A stretch of 33,554 nucleotides of DNA from Vulcanimicrobiota bacterium (GCA_019236495.1 JAFAIW010000140.1:1-33554); one strand, 5' to 3'; positions 18,461 through 32,346 are shown, counted from the first letter of the stretch. A program made the numbers and translations. The notes: generated by a model from the letters alone, not told the origin.

Positions 18461-19015
18461 TTACGCAATTTTCGCCGTGTTCACGAACTGCATGGCTCGC
18501 TCCGGGCCGTCCTCGAGCCACAACATCACGCCGCTTGCGGCCGCGTCGACGATTTCGGGCAGCTTCTCGCGTTCCGCGGCCGAAAAATCCGAAAGCAAGA
18601 AGTCGATGTTTTCGCCCTGCTCGGAACGACCGACGCCGATGCGGATTCGCGGGAAGGCATCGCCCATGGTTGCGATCACCGAACGCATTCCGTTGTGCCC
18701 GGCGTGACCGCCCGAGACGCGCATCCGCAGCTGCCCGAACGGTATATCCATCTCGTCGACCACGACCAGCAATTCTTCGGGCGGCGTTTTATACCACGAC
18801 GCGATGATGCGAATCGGAATGCCGCTGTTGTTCATGTACGTCACCGGTTCGACCAGCACGATGCGGCGCGCCGCATCGTAGGCCTGGCGCGCGCCGTCCT
18901 TGGTTTTCCAGCGTTCGATTCCAAGGCGCCGGCCGACTTCGTCCACGACCACGAAGCCGAGGTTGTGCCGAGTCGCCGCGTACTCGCTCCCGGGATTCCC
19001 CAGGCCCGCGACGAT
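18461..19015 (-). CDS. pth: Peptidyl-tRNA hydrolase (5' end extended beyond the track ORF)
   Basis: The track ORF starts at GTG 18952. The same frame stays open upstream and encodes the conserved N-terminus RIVAGLGNPGSEYAATRHNLGF. No ATG/GTG/TTG lies upstream. Candidate starts are ATC 19015 (7 nt after the L25 stop) or CTG 19039. Confidence 0.85.
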   Translation of the reverse strand: MVAGLGNPGSEYAATRHNLGFVVVDEVGRRLGIERWKTKDGARQAYDAARRIVLVEPVTYMNNSGIPIRIIASWYKTPPEELLVVVDEMDIPFGQLRMRVSGGHAGHNGMRSVIATMGDAFPRIRIGVGRSEQGENIDFLLSDFSAAEREKLPEIVDAAASGVMLWLEDGPERAMQFVNTAKIA

Positions 19016-19022
19016 GCGCGGG

Positions 19023-19682
19023 TTATTCGGGTTCCGCAGCGGGCGTGGGGGTCGCGCCGATGACTTCGGGCTCGGCTTGTTCCGCCGGTCCGGCGGCAGC
19101 TTCTTCGAGTTCGCGTTCCGTGCGCGACGGCTCGACCGAGACGATGGTCGTGTCGGGCGGTGTCAACATGCGAAAGCCTTCGGGCAGCGGCACCTGCGAC
19201 GCATTGATGTGCTCGTGAATGCCCAACGACGACACGTCGATTTCCAAGCGATCGGGGATGCGATTGGCAGGCCCTTCGATCTCGACCTCGTGCGTCACGA
19301 AATCGAGCACCCCCCCAAACTCTTTGACCCCGCGCGCTACGCCGACCGTCACGATCGGCAGTTCGGTGTGCACCGTTTCGGTGGCCGAAACGCGCTGCAA
19401 GTCGGCGTGAATCACTTTACGCGACACCGGATCGCGCTGCACGTCTCGCAAGAGGGCGGTATCCGCGGCTTTTCCTCCGAGTGTCAAGGTGATCAGCGAG
19501 CTGCGGCCGCCGTGGTGCATCGCATCTTCGAATGCGCGCGCATCGATCGCAATGCTCTGCGGGTCACTTCCGTGCCCGTAAAGCGTCGCCGGAATCTTCC
19601 CGCTCTGACGGAGGTGGTTGGCGGTGGACGTGCCCGTCTTCGGGCGAGGTTCGATCGCGAGGGTCAGGTCTCTCTTTGGCAT
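19023..19682 (-). CDS. rplY: 50S ribosomal protein L25 (long Ctc form)
   Basis: 219 aa. LRQSGKIPATLYGHG motif plus an acidic C-terminal extension. Confidence 0.9.
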   Translation of the reverse strand: MPKRDLTLAIEPRPKTGTSTANHLRQSGKIPATLYGHGSDPQSIAIDARAFEDAMHHGGRSSLITLTLGGKAADTALLRDVQRDPVSRKVIHADLQRVSATETVHTELPIVTVGVARGVKEFGGVLDFVTHEVEIEGPANRIPDRLEIDVSSLGIHEHINASQVPLPEGFRMLTPPDTTIVSVEPSRTERELEEAAAGPAEQAEPEVIGATPTPAAEPE

Positions 19683-19715
19683 GAGTCGGGCCGGAATGCT
19701 TTCTTTGAGTGCTGA

Positions 19716-20768
19716 CTACGCCGGCACCGGAGGCGGCGCGGGCGTAATCACTGGGATTTTTTTTTCGTCGTCTTCAGTAAACAACTCGCTGACGGAGCGG
19801 TTGGTCGTGATGCGATTTATCGCGTCCGCCAACGTTTGCGCGATGGAAAGCACGACGAACTTCGGGTGCTTGTCCGCGTTTGGAAACGGAATGGTGTTCG
19901 TGACGATCACGCGCTCGATCTTCGAGCGCTCCAGCACGTCGATCGCCTCTCCGGCAAAGATCCCGTGGGTGGCGATCGTGTGAACAGCCGTGGCGCCGCG
20001 CTCGAGAATTGCTTCTGCAGCTTTCGCCAGCGTGCCGCCCGTGGAAATCATGTCGTCCACGATTACCGCGATCCTGCCTTTGACGTCGCCGACGATGTCG
20101 GTTACTTCCGAGACGTCAGGCTCCGGGCGCCGCTTGAAAACGATCGCCAGCGAGCTGTTCAAGCGCTTCGCGAAGAGCTCCGCGCGATGCACGCCACCCG
20201 CGTCGGGAGAAACGACGACGATTTTGTCGTCGCACAGACCCTCGTGTTTTAGGTAGTTACAGGCGACCGGCATGGCCGTGAGATTGTCCACGGGTCCGTC
20301 GAAAAAGCCTTGAATTTGCGCGGCGTGGAGGTCGACGGTCACCATCCGCTTGGCGCCGGTGATCTTCAACAGATTCGCGACGACTTTGGCCGAGATCGGC
20401 TCGCGGCCTTTGGTCTTCTTGTCTTGCTTCGCGTACCCATAATACGGAACGACCGCGGTGATCCGGGCGGCCGAAGCGCGCTTGAGCGCGTCGATCATGA
20501 GAAGCAGCTCCATGATCGAATCGTTGACGCTGTTTCCGTTCGATGCGGTGCAGGTGGATTGCACGACAAACACTTCGGACCCGCGCACGTTCTCGCTGAT
20601 CTCGATCCGGCATTCCTCGTTCTTGAATTTCGAAACGAGCGCTTTGCCGACATGGAGCTTCAGCTTTTTGGCGATCTCCTCGGCCAGTTGCGGATTCGAA
20701 TTTCCGCTGAAGAGTAACGGGTTGCTCAACGGTCGGTTCTCCGGGGTGGAGGGCGGAGGCAACTCCAT
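19716..20768 (-). CDS. prs: Ribose-phosphate pyrophosphokinase
   Basis: [19 protein letters not shown] and [11 protein letters not shown] motifs. ATG 20768 is preferred because the track start 20867 would overlap the uvrB start. Has N- and C-terminal Pro-rich extensions. Confidence 0.9.
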   Translation of the reverse strand: MELPPPSTPENRPLSNPLLFSGNSNPQLAEEIAKKLKLHVGKALVSKFKNEECRIEISENVRGSEVFVVQSTCTASNGNSVNDSIMELLLMIDALKRASAARITAVVPYYGYAKQDKKTKGREPISAKVVANLLKITGAKRMVTVDLHAAQIQGFFDGPVDNLTAMPVACNYLKHEGLCDDKIVVVSPDAGGVHRAELFAKRLNSSLAIVFKRRPEPDVSEVTDIVGDVKGRIAVIVDDMISTGGTLAKAAEAILERGATAVHTIATHGIFAGEAIDVLERSKIERVIVTNTIPFPNADKHPKFVVLSIAQTLADAINRITTNRSVSELFTEDDEKKIPVITPAPPPVPA

Positions 20769-20850
20769 TTCTTGGGGCGTCCCGGCAGTCCTCGAAAGAG
20801 GCCTACCCTCCAGCAACCGCGCAGCGCACGTCCGGGTATACAATGGAACG

Positions 20851-22896
20851 ATGGCGCGCAAATTCAAGCTCGTGACCCCATTCGCGCTGGCCGGCGATCA
20901 ACCGAAGGCCACCGAAGCGCTGGGTCGCGGCGTGAATGCAGGCGACCGGGCACAGACGCTGCTCGGCGTCACCGGGAGCGGCAAGACGCTAGCGATGGCG
21001 CGCGTGATCGAGCTCACGCAACAACCCACTCTGGTGCTGGCCCACAACAAGACGCTCGCCGCGCAGCTCTGCGCGGAATTCCGCGATTTCTTTCCCGAGA
21101 ATGCGGTGGAGTATTTCGTCTCGTATTTCGATTATTATCAGCCCGAAGCGTATATCGCGCATACCGACACGTATATCGAAAAAGATAGCTCGATCAACGA
21201 CGAGATCGAGCGGCTCCGTCATTCCGCCACGCAAGCGCTACTGACGCGCCCCGATACGTTGATCGTGGCCTCGGTATCGTGCATTTACGGCTTGGGATCG
21301 CCTTCGGACTACATGGAGCTCTCGCAGAAGGTGAAGCTGGGGGATGAAATCGATCGCGACGTCTTTTTGCGCAAGCTCGTCGATATGCAGTATCGCCGCA
21401 ACGACATCAATTTGGTGCGCGGCACGTTTCGGGTACGCGGCGACACGCTGGAGTTCGTGGGCGTCGACGAGGAGCTCGTTCATCGCATCGAGTTTTTCGG
21501 AGATCGCATCGAAGCGATGAACGTGGTCAACATCCTCACCGGGGAGTACGTCGAATCGAAGGACGAGCTCACGATCTTTCCGGCCAAGCACTTCATCACG
21601 CCGGACGAAAAGCTCCGTCGCGCGATCGTTTCGATCGAAGAAGAGTTGAACGAACGGCTTGCCTACTTCCGGGCAAACGGCAAGCTGCTCGAAGCGCAGC
21701 GCCTCGAAATGCGCACGCGCTACGATCTCGACATGTTGCGCGAGGTGGGCTACTGCAACGGCATCGAGAATTACTCGCGCCACCTCGCGGGCCGCGAAGC
21801 GGGCTCGACCCCGTGGACGCTCCTCGATTTCTTTCCGAAGGAGTGGTTACTCTTCGTCGACGAGTCGCACGTGACGTTGCCGCAAGTGCACGGCATGTAC
21901 GGCGGCGACCGTTCGCGCAAAGAGGCGCTCGTCGAACACGGGTTTCGCTTGCCGAGCGCGCTCGACAACCGTCCGCTGACGTACGACGAATTCGACCGGC
22001 ACCTCCATCAAGTCGTCTACGTGTCGGCCACTCCCTCGACGTACGAGCTGGGGCGTTCGGCGCAGGTCGTAGAGATGATCATCCGTCCGACGGGACTGGT
22101 GGATCCGGAAGTCGAGGTTCGACCGACGCGCAACCAAGTCGACGACCTGATGGAAGAGATTCGCGTGCGCGTCGATCGCAAGGAACGCGTGCTCGTCACG
22201 ACGCTTACGAAGAAAATGGCCGAGGATCTGACGGACTTCTTGCTCGAGATGGGCTTTCGCGTGCGATATTTGCACAGCGAAGTCGATACGCTCGAACGCG
22301 TGGCGATTTTACGGGATTTGCGGATGGGCGTTTTCGACGTTCTCGTCGGGATAAATCTGCTGCGCGAAGGTTTGGACCTGCCCGAGGTATCGCTGGTCGG
22401 CATCTTGGACGCCGACAAGGAAGGATATCTGCGCAGCGGGACGTCGCTGATTCAAACGATCGGCCGCGCGGCGCGCAACGTCGACGGCAAGGTGATCATG
22501 TATGCCGACTCGATCACCGAGTCGATGGCACGCGCCATCGGCGAAACGAAACGCCGCCGCGAGATGCAGGTCGCTTTCAACCTCGAGCACGGCATCGAAC
22601 CGCGCACGGTCCGTCGCGAGGTGCGCAACATTCTCGCGATGGTCGGCGCCACCGAAGAGGGCACCGCCGCGATCCGTGCGGAGAAAATTCCGCGCGACGT
22701 CGCGATTCGAATGGCCGCGGAACTCGAAAAAAAGATGCGCGAGTTCGCCGCCAACCTGGAATTCGAAAAAGCTGCGGCATTGCGCGACGAACTGCTCGAG
22801 TTGCGCCGCCAAATCGGCGGGAACGAATCAGTGCTGTTCCAAGGAAAAGCGCCCAAGATTTTCGAGCACGCGCTGGCCGAGCTGGTCGGCAGCTAG
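20851..22896 (+). CDS. uvrB: Excinuclease ABC subunit B
   Basis: [18 protein letters not shown]..., GVTGSGKT and DESH motifs, C-terminal UVR domain. The track ORF 20458 is an over-extension across the divergent prs. Confidence 0.93.
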   Translation: MARKFKLVTPFALAGDQPKATEALGRGVNAGDRAQTLLGVTGSGKTLAMARVIELTQQPTLVLAHNKTLAAQLCAEFRDFFPENAVEYFVSYFDYYQPEAYIAHTDTYIEKDSSINDEIERLRHSATQALLTRPDTLIVASVSCIYGLGSPSDYMELSQKVKLGDEIDRDVFLRKLVDMQYRRNDINLVRGTFRVRGDTLEFVGVDEELVHRIEFFGDRIEAMNVVNILTGEYVESKDELTIFPAKHFITPDEKLRRAIVSIEEELNERLAYFRANGKLLEAQRLEMRTRYDLDMLREVGYCNGIENYSRHLAGREAGSTPWTLLDFFPKEWLLFVDESHVTLPQVHGMYGGDRSRKEALVEHGFRLPSALDNRPLTYDEFDRHLHQVVYVSATPSTYELGRSAQVVEMIIRPTGLVDPEVEVRPTRNQVDDLMEEIRVRVDRKERVLVTTLTKKMAEDLTDFLLEMGFRVRYLHSEVDTLERVAILRDLRMGVFDVLVGINLLREGLDLPEVSLVGILDADKEGYLRSGTSLIQTIGRAARNVDGKVIMYADSITESMARAIGETKRRREMQVAFNLEHGIEPRTVRREVRNILAMVGATEEGTAAIRAEKIPRDVAIRMAAELEKKMREFAANLEFEKAAALRDELLELRRQIGGNESVLFQGKAPKIFEHALAELVGS

Positions 22897-22906
22897 CCAC
22901 AACCCA

Positions 22907-25345
22907 ATGCGGCTGCCGTTGAAGGTTCGCGGCGAAGCGGACGGCGTCGTTCGCTTGACCGGCGTTCTGAACGGCGCTGCCGGCCCGGCGGCGCTCCACT
23001 ATGCGACGCACACCGGTGCGCTCGTGCGGATCGGCGGCCGCATCGCGGGTGCGTTCGATCGCGAACACGGATGTGTGATTGCCGACGTCGAGCCGGGCGC
23101 GGAGGTCGAGATTGAGGTCGAACGGCGCTCGTTGCCGTCGAGCGGCCTGCCTTCGGGTCCGGGGGTGCGATGGCGGTGGATGAACGCTCAGGCGTCGCAA
23201 GCGCCGGCGCGCCAGCTCGACGTGAACGTCGCCCCCGCGACGTCGAATCCCGAGAACGGCCCGCTGCCGCTGATCGGCCACGCGCATCTCGACGTGGCGT
23301 GGCTCTGGACGTACGCGGAGTCCGCACGCAAGGCCTTGCGCACGTTCGCAACGGCCGTCGCATTGCTCGAACGCAATCCACGGTTCGTATTCAGCATGAG
23401 TCAACCGCAACTCTACCGTTTTGTCGAGCGCCTCGATCCGGAATTCTTCGAACGCATTCGCAGTCTGGTGCGCGACCAGCGGTTCGATGCCGGGATCGCG
23501 GCGTTGTGGGTCGAGTCGGATTGCAACCTTCCCAGCGGCGAATCGTTGCTGCGCCAGATGCTTCACGCGCATGCGTTCTGCATGGAGGAGTTCGGCGTGA
23601 CGCCGCATGTGGCGTGGTTGCCGGACACGTTCGGCTTTCCAAATACGTTGCCGACGCTGCTCGCGCACGCCGGAATTCCATATTTTGCGACGACGAAGCT
23701 GAACTGGAACGACACGACGCGCTTTCCATACCTACAATTCCGCTGGCGCGGTCCCGACGGCAGCGACGCGATCGGCGCGCTTTTGGCGGCGTACGAAGGC
23801 CGCGTCGACGAGGGGCGCGCGGCGCGCGCAACGGAACGCCGCGAGCCGCTGGTGGCGGGTTTCGGTGACGGTGGAGGCGGCGTCACGCAAGAGATGATCG
23901 ACGCCGGCGCGGGCGTCGGGAAATGGACTTCCGTCGAGACGTGGTTCGGAGATCTCGAAAAGCGGCGCGAGAAGCTGCCGGCGTTTGCGGGCGAGTTGTA
24001 TTTGGAATATCACCGCGGCACCTACACGACGCATCACGACGTCAAGGCCGCAAACGCGCGGCTCGAACGCGGACTCACCGAGGCGGAAGAACTCGTGGCG
24101 TGGTGCATTGCGGTCGGCGCGCGGAAGGAGCTCGTCACGCCGCTCGCCGCGCGATTGCGCGAGACGTGGGAAGTCGTACTGCGCAACCAATTTCACGACG
24201 TCCTTCCCGGAACGTCGACCGGCGCGGTGTATGCCGACGTGCGCGACGAGCTCGAAACCGCGCAACGATGGTGCGACGAGATCGTCGCCGCCGCGCGCGC
24301 AGTGCTGCCGCGTGGCCGGGCCGTCGTCGCGCGTCCGGTCGAACCGCGTGCGGACGGAGCGTTCTTACGGTTCGAAAGCGAGCGCCTCGTCGCGCGCTTC
24401 GACCAACGTGGCGCGCTCGTCGAGGCGGTCGCCGGAGCATCGCGCAACGCGGTCGCGCGCGGCAACCTCCTGCTGTTCTATCGCGACCGGCCGCGCGAGT
24501 GGGAGGCGTGGAATCTCGACGCGAGCTACGCCAAGCGCATGCGCCGTGCGCGGGTCGGCCGTCCGCAGATCAACGACGCGGTCGTAACGGTGCCGCTGCG
24601 CATCGGCAAATCGTCCCTCGAAATGCGAATCAAAGCGTTCGAAGGCGAACCGTTCGTCCGCGTCGCGCTCGAGTGCGATTGGCGGGAACGGCGCACGTTG
24701 CTGCGGGTCGAAAATTGGCTGGCAGTCGAAACCGACGCGGTGCTCTATGGAGCGCCGCACGGCACCATCGAGCGAACCGCGCGGGTGTCCACCGCAGCGG
24801 AACGCGCGATGTTCGAAGTCCCGGGCCAGCGCTTTGCGTTCGCGCGCGATTCCACCGGCAACGGACTCGCAGTTTTGGCGCGCGACACATACGGTTGGAA
24901 CGCGCGTCTTCTCCCGCGCGGCGGGATCGTGCTCGGCCATTCGCTCCTGCGCGGTACCACGTGGCCCGATCCCGACGCGGATCGCGGTGCGCAGCTCGTG
25001 GAGTACGCCTTCGCGCCGCGCGCCTCGCGCGACGCCGGAACGCTGGAACGCGTCTGGGAAACCTTCGCCGGCGCACCGCGCGTGCGTTTGTTCTCGAGCG
25101 ACGATTCAGCGGTTCTGGTGGTCGCCTGCAAGCCGGCCTGGAACGGCGACGGGGTGGTCGTGCGCATTCGCGAATGCGACGGCGACGAACGCGTCGCGCG
25201 AATTCGCTGTGCGGGGCGCGTGCGATCGGTGGAATCGGTCGATGCGTTGGAACGGCCCGACGGCGCGGTCGCGCGTTTTGAAGGCGACGCGATCGTCGCT
25301 GCGCTGCGGCCGTTTGCGCTTCGTTCGTTCAGGGTGCGGTTCTGA
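22907..25345 (+). CDS. GH38-family alpha-mannosidase, cytoplasmic (no signal peptide)
   Basis: GHAHLDVAWLWTY motif and overall GH38 architecture. ATG 22907 lies just after the uvrB stop. The track start 22502 is inside uvrB. Confidence 0.85.
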   Translation: MRLPLKVRGEADGVVRLTGVLNGAAGPAALHYATHTGALVRIGGRIAGAFDREHGCVIADVEPGAEVEIEVERRSLPSSGLPSGPGVRWRWMNAQASQAPARQLDVNVAPATSNPENGPLPLIGHAHLDVAWLWTYAESARKALRTFATAVALLERNPRFVFSMSQPQLYRFVERLDPEFFERIRSLVRDQRFDAGIAALWVESDCNLPSGESLLRQMLHAHAFCMEEFGVTPHVAWLPDTFGFPNTLPTLLAHAGIPYFATTKLNWNDTTRFPYLQFRWRGPDGSDAIGALLAAYEGRVDEGRAARATERREPLVAGFGDGGGGVTQEMIDAGAGVGKWTSVETWFGDLEKRREKLPAFAGELYLEYHRGTYTTHHDVKAANARLERGLTEAEELVAWCIAVGARKELVTPLAARLRETWEVVLRNQFHDVLPGTSTGAVYADVRDELETAQRWCDEIVAAARAVLPRGRAVVARPVEPRADGAFLRFESERLVARFDQRGALVEAVAGASRNAVARGNLLLFYRDRPREWEAWNLDASYAKRMRRARVGRPQINDAVVTVPLRIGKSSLEMRIKAFEGEPFVRVALECDWRERRTLLRVENWLAVETDAVLYGAPHGTIERTARVSTAAERAMFEVPGQRFAFARDSTGNGLAVLARDTYGWNARLLPRGGIVLGHSLLRGTTWPDPDADRGAQLVEYAFAPRASRDAGTLERVWETFAGAPRVRLFSSDDSAVLVVACKPAWNGDGVVVRIRECDGDERVARIRCAGRVRSVESVDALERPDGAVARFEGDAIVAALRPFALRSFRVRF

Positions 25346-26076
25346 TGCGCAAAATCGAGACCGTTCTTTTCGACCTCGACGACACGCTGCACGACGATAC
25401 GCTGGCATTCCAAAGCGCGGCTGAGGAAGTCGCGCGCGAAATCGAGGCGGAGCACGGAATCGACGCCCTCGCCCTCAAGCGCGCGTACGTCGCCGAGGCG
25501 GAAGGCTTTTGGAAACGCCTTTCGGCGGAAGCGTTGGCGGTAAAGCTGAGCAGCGTCCGCGCGGCGCTGTGGGGTTCGGCGCTACGCCGCGTCGGCTTAG
25601 ACGACGAAGCTCTCGCCGAGCGCTCCGCACAGCGTTATAACCGCTACCGCACGAAGTATCTTTCTCCATTTCCCGACGCCGTCGAACTCTTACGCACGCT
25701 GCGGGCCAATGGGACGAAGCTGGGTCTCGTGACGAACGGCTTTGCCGAGACGCATCGCGAGAAGATCGCCCTGCTGCAAATCGGGGATTTCTTCGACGCG
25801 ATCTTCATCGCGGACGAAGTCGGCATGGTCAAACCCGACCCGCTGCTCTTCGCGCACGCCTGCACCCAGCTCGAGAGCTCCCCCGCGCGCAGCGCGATGG
25901 TGGGGGATCGGTACGATCGCGACATCCGCGGCGCGGCGCTCGCGGGTTTGTACACCGTGCTCGTCGACGTCCACGGCGAGGCGATTCCGCACGACGGGCC
26001 ACGTCCGGACGCGATCGTCGAGGAGATCGGCGCAGTAGGGGCGGCGCTGCTCGCAGCGGAAGGCAAGGGCACCTAG
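25345..26076 (+). CDS. HAD-superfamily hydrolase (subfamily IA-like)
   Basis: 243 aa. FDLDDTL (DxDxT), LVTNG and GDRYDRDI motifs. TGATG overlap with the GH38 stop. Confidence 0.85.
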   Translation: MRKIETVLFDLDDTLHDDTLAFQSAAEEVAREIEAEHGIDALALKRAYVAEAEGFWKRLSAEALAVKLSSVRAALWGSALRRVGLDDEALAERSAQRYNRYRTKYLSPFPDAVELLRTLRANGTKLGLVTNGFAETHREKIALLQIGDFFDAIFIADEVGMVKPDPLLFAHACTQLESSPARSAMVGDRYDRDIRGAALAGLYTVLVDVHGEAIPHDGPRPDAIVEEIGAVGAALLAAEGKGT

Positions 26077-26092
26077 CGTTCCGGACTTCGAG

Positions 26093-26842
26093 GTGGAGAT
26101 GCAGACGGATCAAGTAGGCAGCGTCTTCGGGCGCGCCTGGCAACTGTTGAGCGCAAATTGGGTGATCGTCGTTCCCGGGTTAGTGATCGGTATTATCGCC
26201 GGAGTACTCGAAGGATTCTTCGCCCTTTCCGGGGTGGCGTCGTCGACGGTCGTCGGCATGGGTGCGGCCGTGCTCGGCGGCGTGATTGCGCTTGCGATCG
26301 GGGTGCTTGCAACCTTACTGTCGATTGCGTATACGACCGGGATGGCAAAGGCCGCGTGGTCGACCGGAACGACGACGTTCGGCGACGGCATGCTGGCGTT
26401 CCAACGCGATGCCGGATCGATTTTTCTCGCGCTGATTCTGCTCTGGGTGCTCGGCATCATCGCAGCCTTCTTCAGCGTTTTCACGTTCGGCATCGTGCTG
26501 TTGCTCTACGCGATCTTCGTGATCTATACGATTCCGGCGGTCGTGGTTGACGAAGTGAGCGCCACCGAGGCAATCGGGCGGTCGTTCGACATTGCAAAGC
26601 GGAACTTTTTGACGACGCTCATCGTGGTGCTGCTGATCGGCATCATCGCGTGGCTGGCGGGAATGCTCGCCAACGTCTTTCACAACGTGACGCTGCTTGG
26701 GCCGGTCGTGCAGGCCGTGCTCACGCAAATCGTGGTCGCTTATGCGACCCTCGTGATCGTCGGGGAATATCTGAACCTGCGCGCCGCACCGGTCTCGTCC
26801 GGCCGGCCGCCAAGCCCTCCGCCGAGCAGTCCCGGGCTTTAG
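26093..26842 (+). CDS. Polytopic membrane protein, family not recognised, Pro/Ser-rich C-terminal tail
   Basis: 249 aa with about 6 hydrophobic helices. GAGG lies 6 nt upstream of ATG 26099, so that may be the true start. Confidence 0.7.
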   Translation: MEMQTDQVGSVFGRAWQLLSANWVIVVPGLVIGIIAGVLEGFFALSGVASSTVVGMGAAVLGGVIALAIGVLATLLSIAYTTGMAKAAWSTGTTTFGDGMLAFQRDAGSIFLALILLWVLGIIAAFFSVFTFGIVLLLYAIFVIYTIPAVVVDEVSATEAIGRSFDIAKRNFLTTLIVVLLIGIIAWLAGMLANVFHNVTLLGPVVQAVLTQIVVAYATLVIVGEYLNLRAAPVSSGRPPSPPPSSPGL

Positions 26843-26878
26843 CGCAACGCCGGGGCCGCGCGTGCGGTTCCAAAGGAC

Positions 26879-29800
26879 GTGATGGGAGATCCCGCCACGC
26901 AACCGTCCAACGATGGAGCCAGGTCCCGCGGACTTGACTCCATCGTCATCAAGGGCGCGCGCGAGCACAACCTCAAGAACATCGATCTCGTCCTGCCGCG
27001 CAACCAGCTCATCGTCGTAACGGGGCTGAGCGGTTCGGGCAAGTCCTCGCTTGCCTTCGACACGATCTACGCTGAAGGCCAGCGGCGTTACGTCGAGTCG
27101 CTCTCGTCGTACGCGCGGCAGTTCTTGGGACAAATGGAAAAGCCTGACGTCGACTACATCGAAGGGCTGTCTCCGGCGATCTCGATCGATCAGAAATCGA
27201 CTTCTCGCAATCCGCGCTCCACGGTCGGCACCGTGACGGAAATCTACGATTACTTGCGCCTGCTGTATGCGCGCATCGGCATCCCGCACTGCTTCAACTG
27301 CGGGCGCGAGATCAGCTCGCAAAGCAGCGAGCAGATCGTCGATTCGATCATGGCGCTTCCCGAGGGTTCGCGCTTGCACATCCTCGCGCCCGTGATCCGC
27401 GGGCGCAAAGGCGAATACGGCAAGCTCTTCGAGGAGATCGCCAAAGAGGGCTTTTCGCGCGTGCGCGTGGACGGCGTAACGAAGGAGTTGCGCCCTTCGA
27501 CAAGCTCAGGGCGGGCTGAAATCGCGCTCGACAAAAAGCGCAAACATACGATCGAGGTGATCGTCGATCGTTTGGTGCGCAAACCCGATATACGCAAACG
27601 TTTGACGGACAGCATCGAGACCACGCTGCGGCTCTCTACCGGAATCGTTACGGTGCTGCTCGACGAACCCGAAGCGAAGAACGCGCGCGAGCTGACCTTC
27701 AGCGAAGCCTTTGCGTGCGTCAGCTGCGGGCTTTCGTTCGAAGAGCTGGCGCCGCGTCTGTTTTCCTTCAACTCGCCGTACGGTGCGTGCCCCGGGTGCA
27801 CCGGTCTGGGCGAGAAAGTCGAAATCGATCCCTGGAAGGTCATTCCCGATCGTTCGAAGTCGATCGAAGAAGGCGCCATCGTGCCGTGGAGCCGCAATCT
27901 GGGCGGCGGGCGATATCCCTCGATGAACCCGTATTACCTGCAGCAGCTCGAACGCGTGCTGCGCGCTCGGCGCGTCAAGCTTTCGACGCCGATCGAAAAG
28001 ATGCCCGAAGACGTGATCGACACGATCCTTTTCGGCACGGACAAAGAGCAGAGCTTTACGTACGAATCGCGCGGCGGCCAGACGTGGAATTATAAAGCGA
28101 CGTTCGAAGGCGTCGTCAATAATTTGCAGCGGCGCTACAGTGAGACGAGCTCGGACTACGTCAAAGAAGAGATCGAGAAATTCATGTCGGCCAGCGTTTG
28201 CCCGCAGTGCAAGGGTGCGCGTTTGAAACCCGAAGCGCTTGCCGTGACGGTGGGCGGTGCGAACATCGACCACCTGACGCGGATGTCGGTGGAGAATGCC
28301 GAGGAGTTCTTCCGCACGTTCGCTCCAAACGAGCGCGAACATCTGATCGCGCACCAGATTCTCAAAGAGATTCGGGCGCGGCTGGGGTTCTTGACCAACG
28401 TTGGATTGAACTATTTGACGCTGGCGCGGAGCGCCACGACCCTTTCTGGTGGAGAGTCGCAGCGCATTCGCCTGGCGACGCAAATCGGCAGCTCGCTCGT
28501 GGGCGTGCTCTATATTCTCGACGAACCGTCGATCGGGTTACACCAGCGCGACAACGATCGGCTGCTGGCGACGTTGAAAACGCTGCGTGACTTGGGCAAT
28601 ACGCTGATCGTCATCGAGCACGATGAAGATACGATGCGAATGGCCGATCTGATCGTCGACATCGGCCCCGGTGCCGGCGCCGAAGGCGGCGAAATCTTGA
28701 CCGTCGGAACGCTCGACGACGTCATGCGCAATCCGACCTCACTCACGGGGGCGTATCTTTCGGGCCGTTCGTTCATTCCGATTCCAAAGCACCGCCGCAA
28801 GCCTCGGACGTGGTTGAACGTGAAGAACGCGAAGGCCAACAACATTCGCGGCATCGATCTCGATTTTCCGATCGGCGTTTTGGCATGCATCACCGGCGTG
28901 AGCGGCAGCGGCAAATCGACACTCGTCAACGAAGTGCTCGTGAAGGCGCTCAATCAGCACCTGCACCATCAACCCGCAGGCGGCACCTATGGCAGCGTCA
29001 AGGGAGCGGCGGCACTCGACAAGATGGTGGTGATCGATCAATCGCCGATCGGTCGCACACCGCGCTCGAATCCGGCCACATATACCGGCGCGTTCGATCT
29101 CATTCGTGAGTTGTATTCGATGACGCCAGAATCGAAAATGCGCGGATATTCGCCGGGCCGTTTTTCGTTCAACGTCAAAGGCGGACGCTGCGAAGCCTGT
29201 CAGGGCGACGGCATCATCAAGATAGAAATGCATTTCCTGCCGGACGTGTACGTGCCGTGTGAAGTCTGCAAGGGCCGGCGCTACAACGCGCAGACGCTCG
29301 AGGTGCGCTACAAAGGAAAGTCCGTTGCCGACGTGCTCGAGATGCGCGTTGATGAAGCGTCGGAGTTTTTTTCGACGATTCCGCGCATTCACAACAAGCT
29401 GAAGACGATCTGCGACGTCGGCTTGGGTTACATCAAGATGGGCCAGCCGGCCACGACGCTCTCGGGCGGCGAAGCGCAGCGCGTCAAACTTGCGACCGAA
29501 CTGTCGCGGCGTTCGACCGGGCGCACGTTCTACGTGCTCGACGAACCCACCACCGGCTTGCATTTCGCGGACATTCACAAATTGCTCGAAGTGCTGCAGC
29601 GGTTGGTCAACACCGGCAATACGGTGACCGTGATCGAGCACAACCTGGACGTGATCAAGACGGCAGATTACGTGATCGATTTGGGGCCGGAGGGCGGCGA
29701 CCGGGGCGGAACGGTGGTCGCGACCGGCACGCCGGAGGAGATCGCCGCGCATCGGACCTCGTACACCGGCGAGTACTTGCGCGAGGTGTTGACCGACCAG

Positions 29801-29914
29801 CGTGCCGTCGGGCATCACCAGATCGATCGCGAGGCCCTCGAAGCCCGGACCGCGCAGAACCTCCACGTTCTCGAAGACCTTGCGAAGGGTGAGCGGCTGC
29901 CCGTCGAAGCGTAG
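26879..29914 (+). CDS. uvrA: Excinuclease ABC subunit A
   Basis: 1011 aa. [23 protein letters not shown], two ABC modules and zinc-finger cysteines. Confidence 0.95.
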   Translation: MMGDPATQPSNDGARSRGLDSIVIKGAREHNLKNIDLVLPRNQLIVVTGLSGSGKSSLAFDTIYAEGQRRYVESLSSYARQFLGQMEKPDVDYIEGLSPAISIDQKSTSRNPRSTVGTVTEIYDYLRLLYARIGIPHCFNCGREISSQSSEQIVDSIMALPEGSRLHILAPVIRGRKGEYGKLFEEIAKEGFSRVRVDGVTKELRPSTSSGRAEIALDKKRKHTIEVIVDRLVRKPDIRKRLTDSIETTLRLSTGIVTVLLDEPEAKNARELTFSEAFACVSCGLSFEELAPRLFSFNSPYGACPGCTGLGEKVEIDPWKVIPDRSKSIEEGAIVPWSRNLGGGRYPSMNPYYLQQLERVLRARRVKLSTPIEKMPEDVIDTILFGTDKEQSFTYESRGGQTWNYKATFEGVVNNLQRRYSETSSDYVKEEIEKFMSASVCPQCKGARLKPEALAVTVGGANIDHLTRMSVENAEEFFRTFAPNEREHLIAHQILKEIRARLGFLTNVGLNYLTLARSATTLSGGESQRIRLATQIGSSLVGVLYILDEPSIGLHQRDNDRLLATLKTLRDLGNTLIVIEHDEDTMRMADLIVDIGPGAGAEGGEILTVGTLDDVMRNPTSLTGAYLSGRSFIPIPKHRRKPRTWLNVKNAKANNIRGIDLDFPIGVLACITGVSGSGKSTLVNEVLVKALNQHLHHQPAGGTYGSVKGAAALDKMVVIDQSPIGRTPRSNPATYTGAFDLIRELYSMTPESKMRGYSPGRFSFNVKGGRCEACQGDGIIKIEMHFLPDVYVPCEVCKGRRYNAQTLEVRYKGKSVADVLEMRVDEASEFFSTIPRIHNKLKTICDVGLGYIKMGQPATTLSGGEAQRVKLATELSRRSTGRTFYVLDEPTTGLHFADIHKLLEVLQRLVNTGNTVTVIEHNLDVIKTADYVIDLGPEGGDRGGTVVATGTPEEIAAHRTSYTGEYLREVLTDQRAVGHHQIDREALEARTAQNLHVLEDLAKGERLPVEA

Positions 29915-29922
29915 CCCCCGGA

Positions 29923-32309
<2,387 letters not shown>

Positions 32310-32346
32310 ACTGAGAAGAACCCTCATTTTAGGTAGGTGAACGGCA

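Noticed and set aside
2600-25345. GH125 and GH38 mannosidases as parts of one mannan or N-glycan utilisation locus
   Set aside because: They are about 19 kb apart and separated by unrelated housekeeping genes. One is secreted and the other cytoplasmic. No transporters or regulators link them.
26843-26878. SOS/LexA operator upstream of uvrA, and upstream of uvrB at 20769..20850
   Set aside because: No CTGT-N8-ACAG, GAAC-N4-GTTC or TCGAAC-type palindrome is present. Only a weak GTTC-caaa-GGAC resemblance.
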